DNA of 64,000 bases, taken from the NCBI GenBank assembly GCA_016234365.1, contig JACRER010000018.1:2673-66672 (forward strand). Direction: 5' to 3'. The stretch is from Elusimicrobiota bacterium (GTDB taxonomy: Bacteria > Elusimicrobiota > Elusimicrobia > Elusimicrobiales > UBA9959). Under the pieces are notes generated by a model. It did no database searches and was not told the DNA's origin. It worked only from the letters and a program-made list of their open reading frames with translations. Both the position numbers and the translations under genes were made by a program. Each line of letters begins with the position of its first letter. Position 1 is the stretch's first letter. Positions 34,255 to 42,635 of this stretch are shown in pieces.

Positions 34255-35247
34255 ATGAAGGTCCTGATACTGGGCGGAACCAGCTTCTTTGGCAAAGAAA
34301 CAGCCATACACCTGCAAAAGGCCGGCCACGAAGTAACGGTCTTTTCGCGCAAGGCCCCGGCAGACGGCCTGCCGCTGGATATCCGCCAGACCCGCGGCGA
34401 CCGCACCGTGGAAATAGACCTCTCCCGCATGGCCACCGGCACCTGGGACGTGATCATAGACAACATCTGCTATACGGCCGAAGACGCGCAGAAGGCCATA
34501 AGGGTCTTTAACGGCCGGGTCGGGCTCTATATTTTCACTTCCTCGGCCTCCGTCTATTCGGTTATCGAAGGCTCCTCCTCTCCCTTCCGGGAAACCCAGG
34601 CCGAACTGCTGCCGCTCAAAGGGGAATTAAAAGAAAAATACGCCTACGGGCTCGGCAAGTACGCCGCCGAGCAAGAATTCCTGAAAGCTTTCCTGGAGCG
34701 CAGGTTCCCGGCCGTAACGATACGCCCGCCGGTGGTGGTGGGCCCCAACGACCCCACGCTGCGCGCCTACTCCTACTGGCTGCGCGTGGCCGACGGCGGG
34801 CCGATGTTCCTGCCGGGCTTCGCCTTCAAGAACCGCTTTATTTTTTCCAAAGACCTGGCGCGCGCTTTCGAGGCGCTGCTTTACGCGCGCGAACCCTACG
34901 GCAAGGCCTACAACATCGGCGACTCCGCCGAGATGACGCTGGACGACTTCGTAAAAGTCTCGGCCAGGATCATGCACAAGGAAGCCGAGGTGCTTTACCC
35001 CGAATACGGCTGGCTCAAAGAGAACGGCTTCGCCTTCGACGCCACCCCCTTCACCATGAGCGGCGACTTTGTACTGGACATAGCCCGCGCCGAGAAGGAG
35101 CTGGACTGGGCCTCCACGCCGGCGGCGAAGTGGCTTGAGGAGACCATAAACTGGTATCTTTTCAGTTATACCGGGCCCGCCCCGAAGAATTACGCCTCCC
35201 GCAAACGCGAGCTGGAACTGGCGCAAAAATGGAAGATGAGACTATGA
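34255..35247 (+). CDS. NAD-dependent epimerase/dehydratase family (extended SDR) protein
   Basis: MKVLILGGTSFFGKE Rossmann start and YxxxK-like YGLGKYAAE. Confidence 0.8.
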   Translation: MKVLILGGTSFFGKETAIHLQKAGHEVTVFSRKAPADGLPLDIRQTRGDRTVEIDLSRMATGTWDVIIDNICYTAEDAQKAIRVFNGRVGLYIFTSSASVYSVIEGSSSPFRETQAELLPLKGELKEKYAYGLGKYAAEQEFLKAFLERRFPAVTIRPPVVVGPNDPTLRAYSYWLRVADGGPMFLPGFAFKNRFIFSKDLARAFEALLYAREPYGKAYNIGDSAEMTLDDFVKVSARIMHKEAEVLYPEYGWLKENGFAFDATPFTMSGDFVLDIARAEKELDWASTPAAKWLEETINWYLFSYTGPAPKNYASRKRELELAQKWKMRL

Positions 35248-35852
35248 CCAAGACTAACGCCGCAAGGGCGAAAAAAATAAAATTATTCCTGATGGACGTG
35301 GACGGGGTGCTCACCGACGGCAAGATGTATTACCTGCCGGGCAAGGGAAAAGAACTGGTGGAGGTAAAAGCCTTCCATTCCCTGGACGGCATAGGCCTGC
35401 GCCTGCTCAACCAGTTCGGCGTGGTGACCGGCGTGATAACCGGCCGCGAGTCCCCCGGCACCGAGGAACGCGCCAAAGGCCTGGGCATGAGTTATGCTTA
35501 CCAGGGCTTTCTTTCAAAGTTGGAACCGCTGCGGCAGATACTGGCCGCCACAGGGCTTAAACCCGAGAACGTGGCCTACATGGGCGACGACTGGACCGAT
35601 ATCCCGGTGCTCAAACGCGCGGGGCTGGCCTGCGCGCCGGCCAACGCCCTGCCCGAAGTGAAAAAGGCCGCGCACCTGGTGACCGCCAAGGAAGGCGGCA
35701 TGGGCGCCGCGCGCGAGGTTTGCGACTTTATACTCAAGAGCCAGGGGCATTGGGGCACCGTAATGGGCTACGTGGAAACCGCCCACTGGCCCGCCATCAA
35801 AAAAGACCGTATGCACGTGGTGCGGGCCTCCGGCAAGGGGAAAAAGAAATGA
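35244..35852 (+). CDS. kdsC: KDO 8-phosphate phosphatase (HAD-IIIA)
   Basis: LFLMDVDGVLTDGKMYY, VITGRES and YMGDDWTDIPV motifs. ATG 35244 overlaps the upstream stop (ATGA). Confidence 0.8.
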   Translation: MTKTNAARAKKIKLFLMDVDGVLTDGKMYYLPGKGKELVEVKAFHSLDGIGLRLLNQFGVVTGVITGRESPGTEERAKGLGMSYAYQGFLSKLEPLRQILAATGLKPENVAYMGDDWTDIPVLKRAGLACAPANALPEVKKAAHLVTAKEGGMGAAREVCDFILKSQGHWGTVMGYVETAHWPAIKKDRMHVVRASGKGKKK

Positions 35853-36328
35853 ACGCCTTATTCCTGACGCTGCTGGCCGCCGGCCTGTTGTGCCCGGCCG
35901 CCGCCCGCGCGTATTACGAAGACGACGGCTTCTCCGAAACCGCGGTCTCCACCGAGGCCGCGCACGCCGCGGACGAGGACGAGGACCAGCAGACCGTTAT
36001 ACAGGAGGCCGACGAGGACCTGGCGGCTTTCGTTACCGACTATATCCGCAAGGACGTACAGCTTAAAGGCTCTTTCTTCCTGGAAGAAAAAGCCACGAAG
36101 AAGCTCCTTAAACTGGCCCTGGTCTCCGTATCGCAGAAACCGGAGAACGGCGAGGCCGGCGTAAAAAAAGTGGCGGCGGTCTTCAAGGACGCCGCCGGCA
36201 AAACCTACCCGGCGGTCTTCTTCCTGCAGAACGGACCCTGGGGCGGCCTGGACATCTTTAAAATAGAACTTAAATCCGCGGCGGCTCCGGCGAAACCGGA
36301 AAAGCCGGCCGCCAAGAAGAAGGATTAA
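35849..36328 (+). CDS. secreted hypothetical protein (159 aa)
   Basis: Signal peptide MNALFLTLLAAGLLCPAAARA. The ATG overlaps the kdsC stop. I reject the upstream part of ORF 35720..36328. Confidence 0.5.
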   Translation: MNALFLTLLAAGLLCPAAARAYYEDDGFSETAVSTEAAHAADEDEDQQTVIQEADEDLAAFVTDYIRKDVQLKGSFFLEEKATKKLLKLALVSVSQKPENGEAGVKKVAAVFKDAAGKTYPAVFFLQNGPWGGLDIFKIELKSAAAPAKPEKPAAKKKD

Positions 36329-36331
36329 ACC

Positions 36332-37015
36332 ATGGGACAATTCTTTACCGCTTTCGGCGCGGGCGTGATGTCGTTCTTCTCGCCGTGCATCCTGCCGCTG
36401 CTGCCGGCGTACCTCTCCATGCTCTCCGGTTTCTCGGCGGGGGAAATAGTAAAAGGCGACGCCAAAGTGGTGACGCGCAAGGTGGTGTTCAACGCCGCCA
36501 TCTTTATAGCGGGCTTTACGCTGGCCTTCTCGCTGATGGGCGCAGCGGCCTCCTTTATAGGGGACCTGCTGGCTTCCTACAAAGACGTGCTGATGAAGGT
36601 GTTCGGCGTGGTGATGGTGCTGCTGGGCGCCCACATGACCGGCCTCTTCAACTTCAACCTCCTGAACTACGACAAGCATTTCTCCACACGCGGACTGGCG
36701 CAGGGGCCGGCGGGCTCTTTCCTGATGGGTTTCGCTTTCGCGCTGGGCTGGTCCCCGTGCATAGGGCCCATCCTGGCCGTGATCCTGGGCATGGCGGCCG
36801 TGTCCGGCACCGCGGCCAAAGGCGTGGCGCTGCTGCTGGTGTATTCCGCCGGTATGGCGGTGCCGCTGCTTATAGCGGCGCTGCTGACGGCGCGCTTCTT
36901 TGCCTTCATGGCCCGCTTCAAGACGGCGATGCGCTATGTGGAAATAGCGGCCGGCGTAGTGCTGGCCGCCGCCGGCGTGCTGCTCTTTTTGGATAAGCTC
37001 ATGATAGTCGGATAG
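36332..37015 (+). CDS. ccdA: cytochrome c biogenesis/thiol-disulfide transfer membrane protein CcdA (DsbD family)
   Basis: FFSPCILPLLPAYLS and GWSPCIGPIL, the paired Cys motifs of CcdA/DsbD. Confidence 0.85.
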   Translation: MGQFFTAFGAGVMSFFSPCILPLLPAYLSMLSGFSAGEIVKGDAKVVTRKVVFNAAIFIAGFTLAFSLMGAAASFIGDLLASYKDVLMKVFGVVMVLLGAHMTGLFNFNLLNYDKHFSTRGLAQGPAGSFLMGFAFALGWSPCIGPILAVILGMAAVSGTAAKGVALLLVYSAGMAVPLLIAALLTARFFAFMARFKTAMRYVEIAAGVVLAAAGVLLFLDKLMIVG

Positions 37016-37033
37016 ACTTCTCCGTAAAACAAA

Positions 37034-37066
37034 GAAAGGACGCCTCTTGGCGTCCTTTTCTTTTTA
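37034..37066. terminator. bidirectional Rho-independent terminator (ccdA / pyrE convergent)
   Basis: GAAAGGACGCC-TCTT-GGCGTCCTTT followed by a T-run. An A-rich run lies upstream for the opposite strand. Confidence 0.75.
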
Positions 37067-37086
37067 GAGCTGCGAGGCGGACGACC

Positions 37087-37656
37087 CTAGAATTTGCGGG
37101 AGCCGGGTTTTACCACGGGCAGGCCGGTGCGGCACAGCATGCAGGTTTCCGGCGGCATGACGGTAAGGGCCAGCTTAAGCAGGCTCACCGACGGGAACGG
37201 CAGGGTTTTTTCGCCCATGCGGTTTATCACGGACATGGCGCCTATCACCTGGGCGCCGCACTGCTCCACCACCTTGGCGGTCTCCAGCGTGGATTTGCCG
37301 GTGGTAAAAACGTCTTCCACAATTATAACCCTGGCGCCCTTCTCGAGCGAGAAGCCGCGCCGCAGCGTCATAACGTTGTTCTCGCGTTCGCTAAAGATGA
37401 ACTCAAGCCCAAAAGCGCGCGCCACCTCGTGGCCTATCATCAACCCGCCCATCGCGGGCGCCAGCACAATGTCGGGTTTGGGGCCTTTCCAGAGCTTAAC
37501 CAGCTCCGCGCCCATGCGGCCCGCCCAGACGGGGTCCTTAAGCGCCTGTGCGCACTGCACGTAATTGGGGCTGTGCAGGCCGGAAGAAAGCAGGAAATGC
37601 CCGTCGAGAAAAGCCCCGCTGGCCGCCAGGTAAGCCTTGAGTTCAGCCTCGTTCAT
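37087..37656 (-). CDS. pyrE: orotate phosphoribosyltransferase
   Basis: PRPP-binding motif VIIVEDVFTTGKS and similarity to PyrE along its length. Confidence 0.9.
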   Translation of the reverse strand: MNEAELKAYLAASGAFLDGHFLLSSGLHSPNYVQCAQALKDPVWAGRMGAELVKLWKGPKPDIVLAPAMGGLMIGHEVARAFGLEFIFSERENNVMTLRRGFSLEKGARVIIVEDVFTTGKSTLETAKVVEQCGAQVIGAMSVINRMGEKTLPFPSVSLLKLALTVMPPETCMLCRTGLPVVKPGSRKF

Positions 37657-38330
37657 TTCAGTTCCTTAAGGATGGCGGCGGCCGCGGCCGCGGGATCCTG
37701 CGCCTCTATGATGGGGCGGCCTACCACTATAAAATCGGAACCCGCCGCGCGCGCCTCGGCCGGCGCCATGGCGCGCTTCTGGTCGTCGCCGGCGGCGGCT
37801 GGCCGGATGCCCGGCGTAATAAGGCAAAGCTTCGAGCCGTGTATCCCTTTAAGGATGGCGACCTCGTGGGGCGAGCACACCACGCCGTCGGCGCCGTTGG
37901 CCAGCCCCAGCGCGGCCAGGCTCTTTACGGTCTTGGCTATACCGCAGCGGTAGCCGGCGCGGAAAAAATTATATTCGTCGAAACTGGTAAGCACGGTAAT
38001 GCCCCAGAGCCTGGGCCTCTTCTCTAGTTCCGCGCAGGCCTTGAACATCTCCGCTCCGCCGGACAGGTGCAGCGACACGGAGTATACCCCCATGGCCTCG
38101 GCGCTGCGCACAGCACCCTTCACGGTGTTGGGAATATCGTGGAACTTCAGGTCCAGGAAGACCTTGCCCCCGCGCCTGTGCACCAGGTCCACGGCCGCCG
38201 GGCCCTCGGCGGTGAACAGCACGGAACCTATCTTGAAATACTTAACGGACCCTTCCAGCCGCTCCATCAGGGTCTCGGCCGCCTTCAGGGTACGCGTATC
38301 CAGCGCCACTATCAGTTCGGTCTTGTGCAT
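37653..38330 (-). CDS. pyrF: orotidine 5'-phosphate decarboxylase
   Basis: LIVALD, FKIG and FLDLKFHDIPNTV motifs. Confidence 0.9.
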   Translation of the reverse strand: MHKTELIVALDTRTLKAAETLMERLEGSVKYFKIGSVLFTAEGPAAVDLVHRRGGKVFLDLKFHDIPNTVKGAVRSAEAMGVYSVSLHLSGGAEMFKACAELEKRPRLWGITVLTSFDEYNFFRAGYRCGIAKTVKSLAALGLANGADGVVCSPHEVAILKGIHGSKLCLITPGIRPAAAGDDQKRAMAPAEARAAGSDFIVVGRPIIEAQDPAAAAAAILKELK

Positions 38331-38333
38331 GGT

Positions 38334-39377
38334 TCAGCGGGCGCCGGGGCGCCAGCCCTCCCTGTGCAGGTATTCCAGGATTTCCTTTACTATGAACGGC
38401 CCCTCGTAGACCAGCCCGGAGTAGACCTGCACCAGGTCCGCGCCGAGCTTCAGTTTTTCCAACGCGGTGGCGCCGTCAAAGACGCCGCCGGAACCCATTA
38501 TCGGTACGCGGCCCCTGGCCAACGCGGCGGTCTTCCCCAACACTTCGCTGGAGAGCTGCCGCAGCGGCTTGCCGCTAAGGCCTCCCTCGTAAACATGCCA
38601 GCGCTTCGGCACCGCGTCGCGGCTGACCGTGGTGTTGGTGGCTATCAGGCCAAATCCCAGTTCCGCGGCCAGTTCGGTGGCGGCTTCCAGCTCGGGCTGC
38701 TGCAGGTCGGGGGCGATCTTCACAAAGAACGGCCTGGCCCGCTTCTGGCCCGAGGCAAAATCCAGCATAGGCTCCAGCAGCCGGCGCAGTTTCTCTCCGG
38801 AGTGAAGCGAGCGCAGCTGCAGCGTGTTGGGGGAACTCACGTTCACGGCGAAGTAATCGCCGTACGGGTACATGATCTTGAGCGTTTCCAGGTAATTCTT
38901 CGGCGCGTCCTCGATGGAGCAGTCGGCGTTCTTGCCTATGCTGATGCCCACCGGCACGGGGATAGGCAGCAGGCGCTCCAGCGAGCGGGCGGCCTGCCAG
39001 GCTCCGGCGTTATTAAACCCCATGCGGTTGATGATGGCGCTGTGCTCGCTAAGGCGGAACAGGCGGGGCTTGGGGTTGCCCGGCTGCGGGCGCAGCGTAA
39101 CGGTGCCAAGTTCCAGGAAACCGAAACCCAGGCCGGCCAGGAAACGGGCGGCTTCGCAGTTCTTGTCGAAACCGGCGGCCAGGCCTATGGGGTTGCGCAA
39201 GCGCATCCCGGCCACGGTGACCGGCAGCTCGCGGGCCCGCGCCAGCAGGCCTACCACGGAGTTGACCAGCGGCACGGCCTGCGCGGCGCGCGCGCCCTGG
39301 ATCACGGCGTCGTGCACCAGTTCCGGGTTAAAGCCGAACAGCAGTTTGCGGACGAGTTTGCGGTATAGAAAGCCCAT
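38334..39377 (-). CDS. pyrD: dihydroorotate dehydrogenase (class 2, quinone-type N-terminus)
   Basis: LYRKLVRKLLFGFNPELVHD N-terminal helix, NPIGLAAGFDKN, GFLELGTVT, IGKN, VNVSSPNT and GGLSG motifs. I prefer the ATG at 39377 to the TTG at 39398. Confidence 0.9.
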   Translation of the reverse strand: MGFLYRKLVRKLLFGFNPELVHDAVIQGARAAQAVPLVNSVVGLLARARELPVTVAGMRLRNPIGLAAGFDKNCEAARFLAGLGFGFLELGTVTLRPQPGNPKPRLFRLSEHSAIINRMGFNNAGAWQAARSLERLLPIPVPVGISIGKNADCSIEDAPKNYLETLKIMYPYGDYFAVNVSSPNTLQLRSLHSGEKLRRLLEPMLDFASGQKRARPFFVKIAPDLQQPELEAATELAAELGFGLIATNTTVSRDAVPKRWHVYEGGLSGKPLRQLSSEVLGKTAALARGRVPIMGSGGVFDGATALEKLKLGADLVQVYSGLVYEGPFIVKEILEYLHREGWRPGAR

Positions 39378-39411
39378 GATGCACGATAATTCTAGCAAAT
39401 GCCGCGGGGCG

Positions 39412-40671
39412 TCACGCCCGGGCGGCTATCCTGCCGGCTACCACGGTGAGCGCCGGCCAGCCGCGCAGCGCGCGGCCCACAAAAGGGGAATTAGCGGACT
39501 TCGAAACGAATTGGGCCGGCACGCGGCGCCAGGCGCGCGGGTTCAGCACGGCGATATCGGCGTCGAAACCGGGGCGCAGGCGGCCTTTGCGGCGCAGGCC
39601 CAGCAGCCGCGCCGGGTTGGCGCTGAGCAGCGCGGCCAGGCGCGGCAGGGAAACCACTTTTTTAAGCACCAGCTCGGTAACGCAAAGAGGAGCGAGCGTT
39701 TCCAGGCCGATCACGCCGAACGGACCCCTGCCGAAACCTCCGGCCTTGGCCGCGGCCGAGTGCGGCGCGTGGTCCGTGGCTATAATGTCCAGAGTGCCGT
39801 CGGCCAGCGCGGCCAATACGGCGCGGCGGTCTTTTTCCGCGCGCAACGGGGGCTTCATTTTAAGATCGGCGTCGTCGCGGCGTATGTCCGCCTGCGAGAG
39901 AGCGAAGTAATGCGGGCAGGTCTCACCGGTAACCGGCCAGCCCGCGGCCTTGGCCTGCCGCAAAACTTCCACGGAAGCGGCCAGGCTCAGGTGCTGCAAG
40001 TGCAGCGGCCCCGCGGCGGAGGCGGCCAAGGTATCGCGCAGTACCGCCAGCCACTCGGAAATATCCGGGATGCCGGGCAGGCGCAGCCGCGCAGCCGCGT
40101 CAGGGTGGCAGACCCCGCGGCCCGTAACGGAAAGATCTTCTGGGTGGTCCAGCAGCGGCAGCCCGGCGGCGGCGGCTTTTTTTATAAGTTCCGGCAGCAG
40201 GCCGTACGGCAGGGCTGAGCCGTCGTCGGTAAGGGCCTTCGCTCCCGCTTTCTTCAAGGCCGCAAAATCCGTGGCGCGAGAACCGGCCCGCCCGGCCGTA
40301 GCCGCGGCGGAAAAGACAACGTTACCAGGGGCGGCAGCCGCCCCGGGGGCGTATTTACGCAGCAGCCGGGGAGAATCCATGGCCGGGGAAGTGTTGGGCA
40401 TCAGCAGGATGGAGGTCACACCGCCGGCCGCGGCGGCCGCGGCGGCGCTGGCTATGGTCTCGGCCTGTTCAAAGCCGGGCTCCCGGGCGTGCACGTGCGC
40501 GTCTATAAAACCGGGGAAAACCCATAGTCCCGCGGCGTCGAAAACCTCGGCGCCGCGCGCGGAAATGCGGCCGCCGGCGCGGACGATGCGGCCGCCTTTC
40601 AGCAGCAGGTCGCCGCGGCGTTCGCCGTCAGCGTCGGCCAGCAGGCCGTTCTTTATCAGGAGTTCCGGCAT
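39412..40671 (-). CDS. pyrC: dihydroorotase
   Basis: GFIDAHVHAREPG metal-binding motif, ATDHAPH, and amidohydrolase length. Confidence 0.9.
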   Translation of the reverse strand: MPELLIKNGLLADADGERRGDLLLKGGRIVRAGGRISARGAEVFDAAGLWVFPGFIDAHVHAREPGFEQAETIASAAAAAAAGGVTSILLMPNTSPAMDSPRLLRKYAPGAAAAPGNVVFSAAATAGRAGSRATDFAALKKAGAKALTDDGSALPYGLLPELIKKAAAAGLPLLDHPEDLSVTGRGVCHPDAAARLRLPGIPDISEWLAVLRDTLAASAAGPLHLQHLSLAASVEVLRQAKAAGWPVTGETCPHYFALSQADIRRDDADLKMKPPLRAEKDRRAVLAALADGTLDIIATDHAPHSAAAKAGGFGRGPFGVIGLETLAPLCVTELVLKKVVSLPRLAALLSANPARLLGLRRKGRLRPGFDADIAVLNPRAWRRVPAQFVSKSANSPFVGRALRGWPALTVVAGRIAARA

Positions 40672-41317
40672 TATTTTTAACGGGCGCGGACTGCTGCGGC
40701 CCGCTGCTTATGGTAACCAGGCGCAGGCCGAAAGTTTCCGGCGGTTCTTTATAGGTAGCCAACTGCAGGCCGGCCATCATAAGGAACACCGCCCAGGCCA
40801 CCTGGACCCAGCGGACACGGTAAAATCCTTGCGCGGCTTTAAGCGCCACGGCCACAAGCAGCGTGGCGCCGGCGGCGGCGTGCCACACCAGCACAGGCCC
40901 GCTGGCGTCTTTGTTGACGCGCGAAGAGAGCATGAAATAAAGGAGGCCGGAGAGAGCCAGAAAGCCCAGGAACAGCGTGCGCCAGCCGCCGTCTTCCTTT
41001 CCTATCGCCAGCTGCGTCAGCCGGCTGAGCCCCGCCGCCCCGAACAGGCAGGCAAAAGCGAAGAAAAGGAGGAAGCCGCGGCGCAGGTCCAGCGCCAGGC
41101 GCAGGCGGTCCATATCCCAGCCGCCCAGCTGCCAGGCCATGATAAGCGGCATAGCGGCGGCGGCGGCCAGCAGGGCCAGCGGCCCGGCGTAAACGACTTT
41201 ACTGCCGCCGTTATCCAGGGAATAAACCTCGGCGGCGCCCAGCAGCAGCAGTGCCGCGCCTTGAACCACATGGATCAAGGTGGAGGCCGTGGCAAAAACG
41301 GAGTAATCCAGCGTCAT
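40628..41317 (-). CDS. polytopic membrane protein (hypothetical, ~229 aa)
   Basis: About 6 TM helices. I chose ATG 41317, which overlaps the upstream stop (ATGA). The 3' end overlaps the pyrC start by 44 nt. Confidence 0.5.
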   Translation of the reverse strand: MTLDYSVFATASTLIHVVQGAALLLLGAAEVYSLDNGGSKVVYAGPLALLAAAAAMPLIMAWQLGGWDMDRLRLALDLRRGFLLFFAFACLFGAAGLSRLTQLAIGKEDGGWRTLFLGFLALSGLLYFMLSSRVNKDASGPVLVWHAAAGATLLVAVALKAAQGFYRVRWVQVAWAVFLMMAGLQLATYKEPPETFGLRLVTISSGPQQSAPVKNNAGTPDKERPAGRR

Positions 41318-41697
41318 TTCCCGCGGCCCTTCCTGGCGCCGGCGCCCAGGTAAAAATAAAGGCCGGCCAGGCCGCCGCCCACCAGCAGCAGCCACGCCGG
41401 GCTTGAAATACCGTTATCCGCGGGCTGCGGTGCTGCGGGGGCGGGAGCGGGAGCGGAAGAAACGGCCACCGCGGCGGGAAGCTCTTTTTTCACCAAAACC
41501 GGCTTTTTTACGGCGGCTTTTTTTACGGGCGCCGCCGGCTTGACCGCCGGGGCCGGCTCGGTTGCGGAAGCCGCCAGGAAAGCCGACATTTTTTTATTGC
41601 CGGAGGAACAGGCGTCCGCGCTTTTGGCGCAGTCGTCCGGGGTGGCGTAGGCCGCGGAGAAGAAGAGGGGGAGGAGCAGGGTTATAAGCGTCTTCAT
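41314..41697 (-). CDS. secreted Ala/Pro/Lys-rich protein with a C-terminal hydrophobic anchor and basic tail
   Basis: Signal peptide MKTLITLLLPLFFSAAYA. C-terminus is SSPAWLLLVGGGLAGLYFYLGAGARKGRGK. Confidence 0.5.
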   Translation of the reverse strand: MKTLITLLLPLFFSAAYATPDDCAKSADACSSGNKKMSAFLAASATEPAPAVKPAAPVKKAAVKKPVLVKKELPAAVAVSSAPAPAPAAPQPADNGISSPAWLLLVGGGLAGLYFYLGAGARKGRGK

Positions 41698-42248
41698 AGT
41701 TTATTGTAAGCGGAAAATTCACCCGCCGGCCGGCGCGGCCTCGCGGGAGGGGCCTCGTCGGGATAGCCGACGCAAAGGAGCACTTCTATCTTCCTGCCTG
41801 AACCCAGGCCGAGGGCTTTTGCGCCGGCCTTGGCATTGAACCAGCCTATCCAGCAGGTGCCCAGCCCTTGCTCGGCCGCGGCCAGCACAAAATGCTCCGC
41901 GGCTATGCCTATATCCACCAGGCGGAAATTGGTGTCCTGCATCTGGTTGCCCATCCAGGCGCTCAGTTTGCCGGTCTCGGCCACCACCAGCACCAGCGCC
42001 GGCGCCTTGGCCGCGAACTTGGTGGCCGCGTAGACGCCGGTGAAAGCCGCGGCGCAGAATTTTTCTTTCAGCGCCGGTTCATCCAGCACTATGAACTTGC
42101 AGGGCTGCGCGTTGCAGGCCGACGGGGCCAGCCGCGCCGCCTCAAGACAAAGGTCCAGTTTCTCCCGCTCTACGGGAACGGCCTTATATTTCCTTATGCT
42201 GCGGCGGCCGGCGGCCAGCGCCTGGAACGGTGATGCGGGCATAGCCAT
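41694..42248 (-). CDS. nitroreductase family protein
   Basis: RRSIRKYK and PSACNAQP motifs of the NfsB/FRase nitroreductase fold. Confidence 0.85.
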   Translation of the reverse strand: MAMPASPFQALAAGRRSIRKYKAVPVEREKLDLCLEAARLAPSACNAQPCKFIVLDEPALKEKFCAAAFTGVYAATKFAAKAPALVLVVAETGKLSAWMGNQMQDTNFRLVDIGIAAEHFVLAAAEQGLGTCWIGWFNAKAGAKALGLGSGRKIEVLLCVGYPDEAPPARPRRPAGEFSAYNKL

Positions 42249-42293
42249 ATTTTATAATATAGCCGTAGGCTATTTAACGGACGGAGAACCCCT

Positions 42294-42635
42294 ATGGACG
42301 ATTGGAAGAACGGCGTGAATTTTGCGATAACGGTCTGCGACGAGCAGGGCACGATACTGGAAATGAACGCCAAATCCTCGGCCACCTTCGCGCGCAGCGG
42401 CGGGGGGAACCTTATAGGCAAGAACCTGCTGGACTGCCACCCCGAACCCTCCAAGAGCAAACTGAAGAAAATGCTCGTCGAGCCCTATACCAACGCCTAC
42501 ACCATAGAAAAGAACGGCGTAAAAAAACTCATCTACCAGACCCCGTGGCTCAAAGACGGCAAACCCGCCGGCCTCGTGGAGCTCTCCCTCGAGATCCCCG
42601 CCGAAATGCCACACTTCGTGAGGAAAAATCCCTAA
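42294..42635 (+). CDS. stand-alone PAS-like domain protein (113 aa)
   Basis: ITVCDEQGTILEMNAKSSATF...GKNLLDCHPE is a PAS-type pattern. Confidence in the family is moderate. Confidence 0.55.
   Translation: MDDWKNGVNFAITVCDEQGTILEMNAKSSATFARSGGGNLIGKNLLDCHPEPSKSKLKKMLVEPYTNAYTIEKNGVKKLIYQTPWLKDGKPAGLVELSLEIPAEMPHFVRKNP

Noticed and set aside
38067-41353. Chain of 430-470-aa plus-strand ORFs (38067..39368, 38914..40218, 39950..41353)
   Set aside because: They are antisense to or out of frame with pyrF, pyrD and pyrC. Their composition is Arg/Gly/Ala/Pro-rich, they overlap one another, and they show no homology signals.
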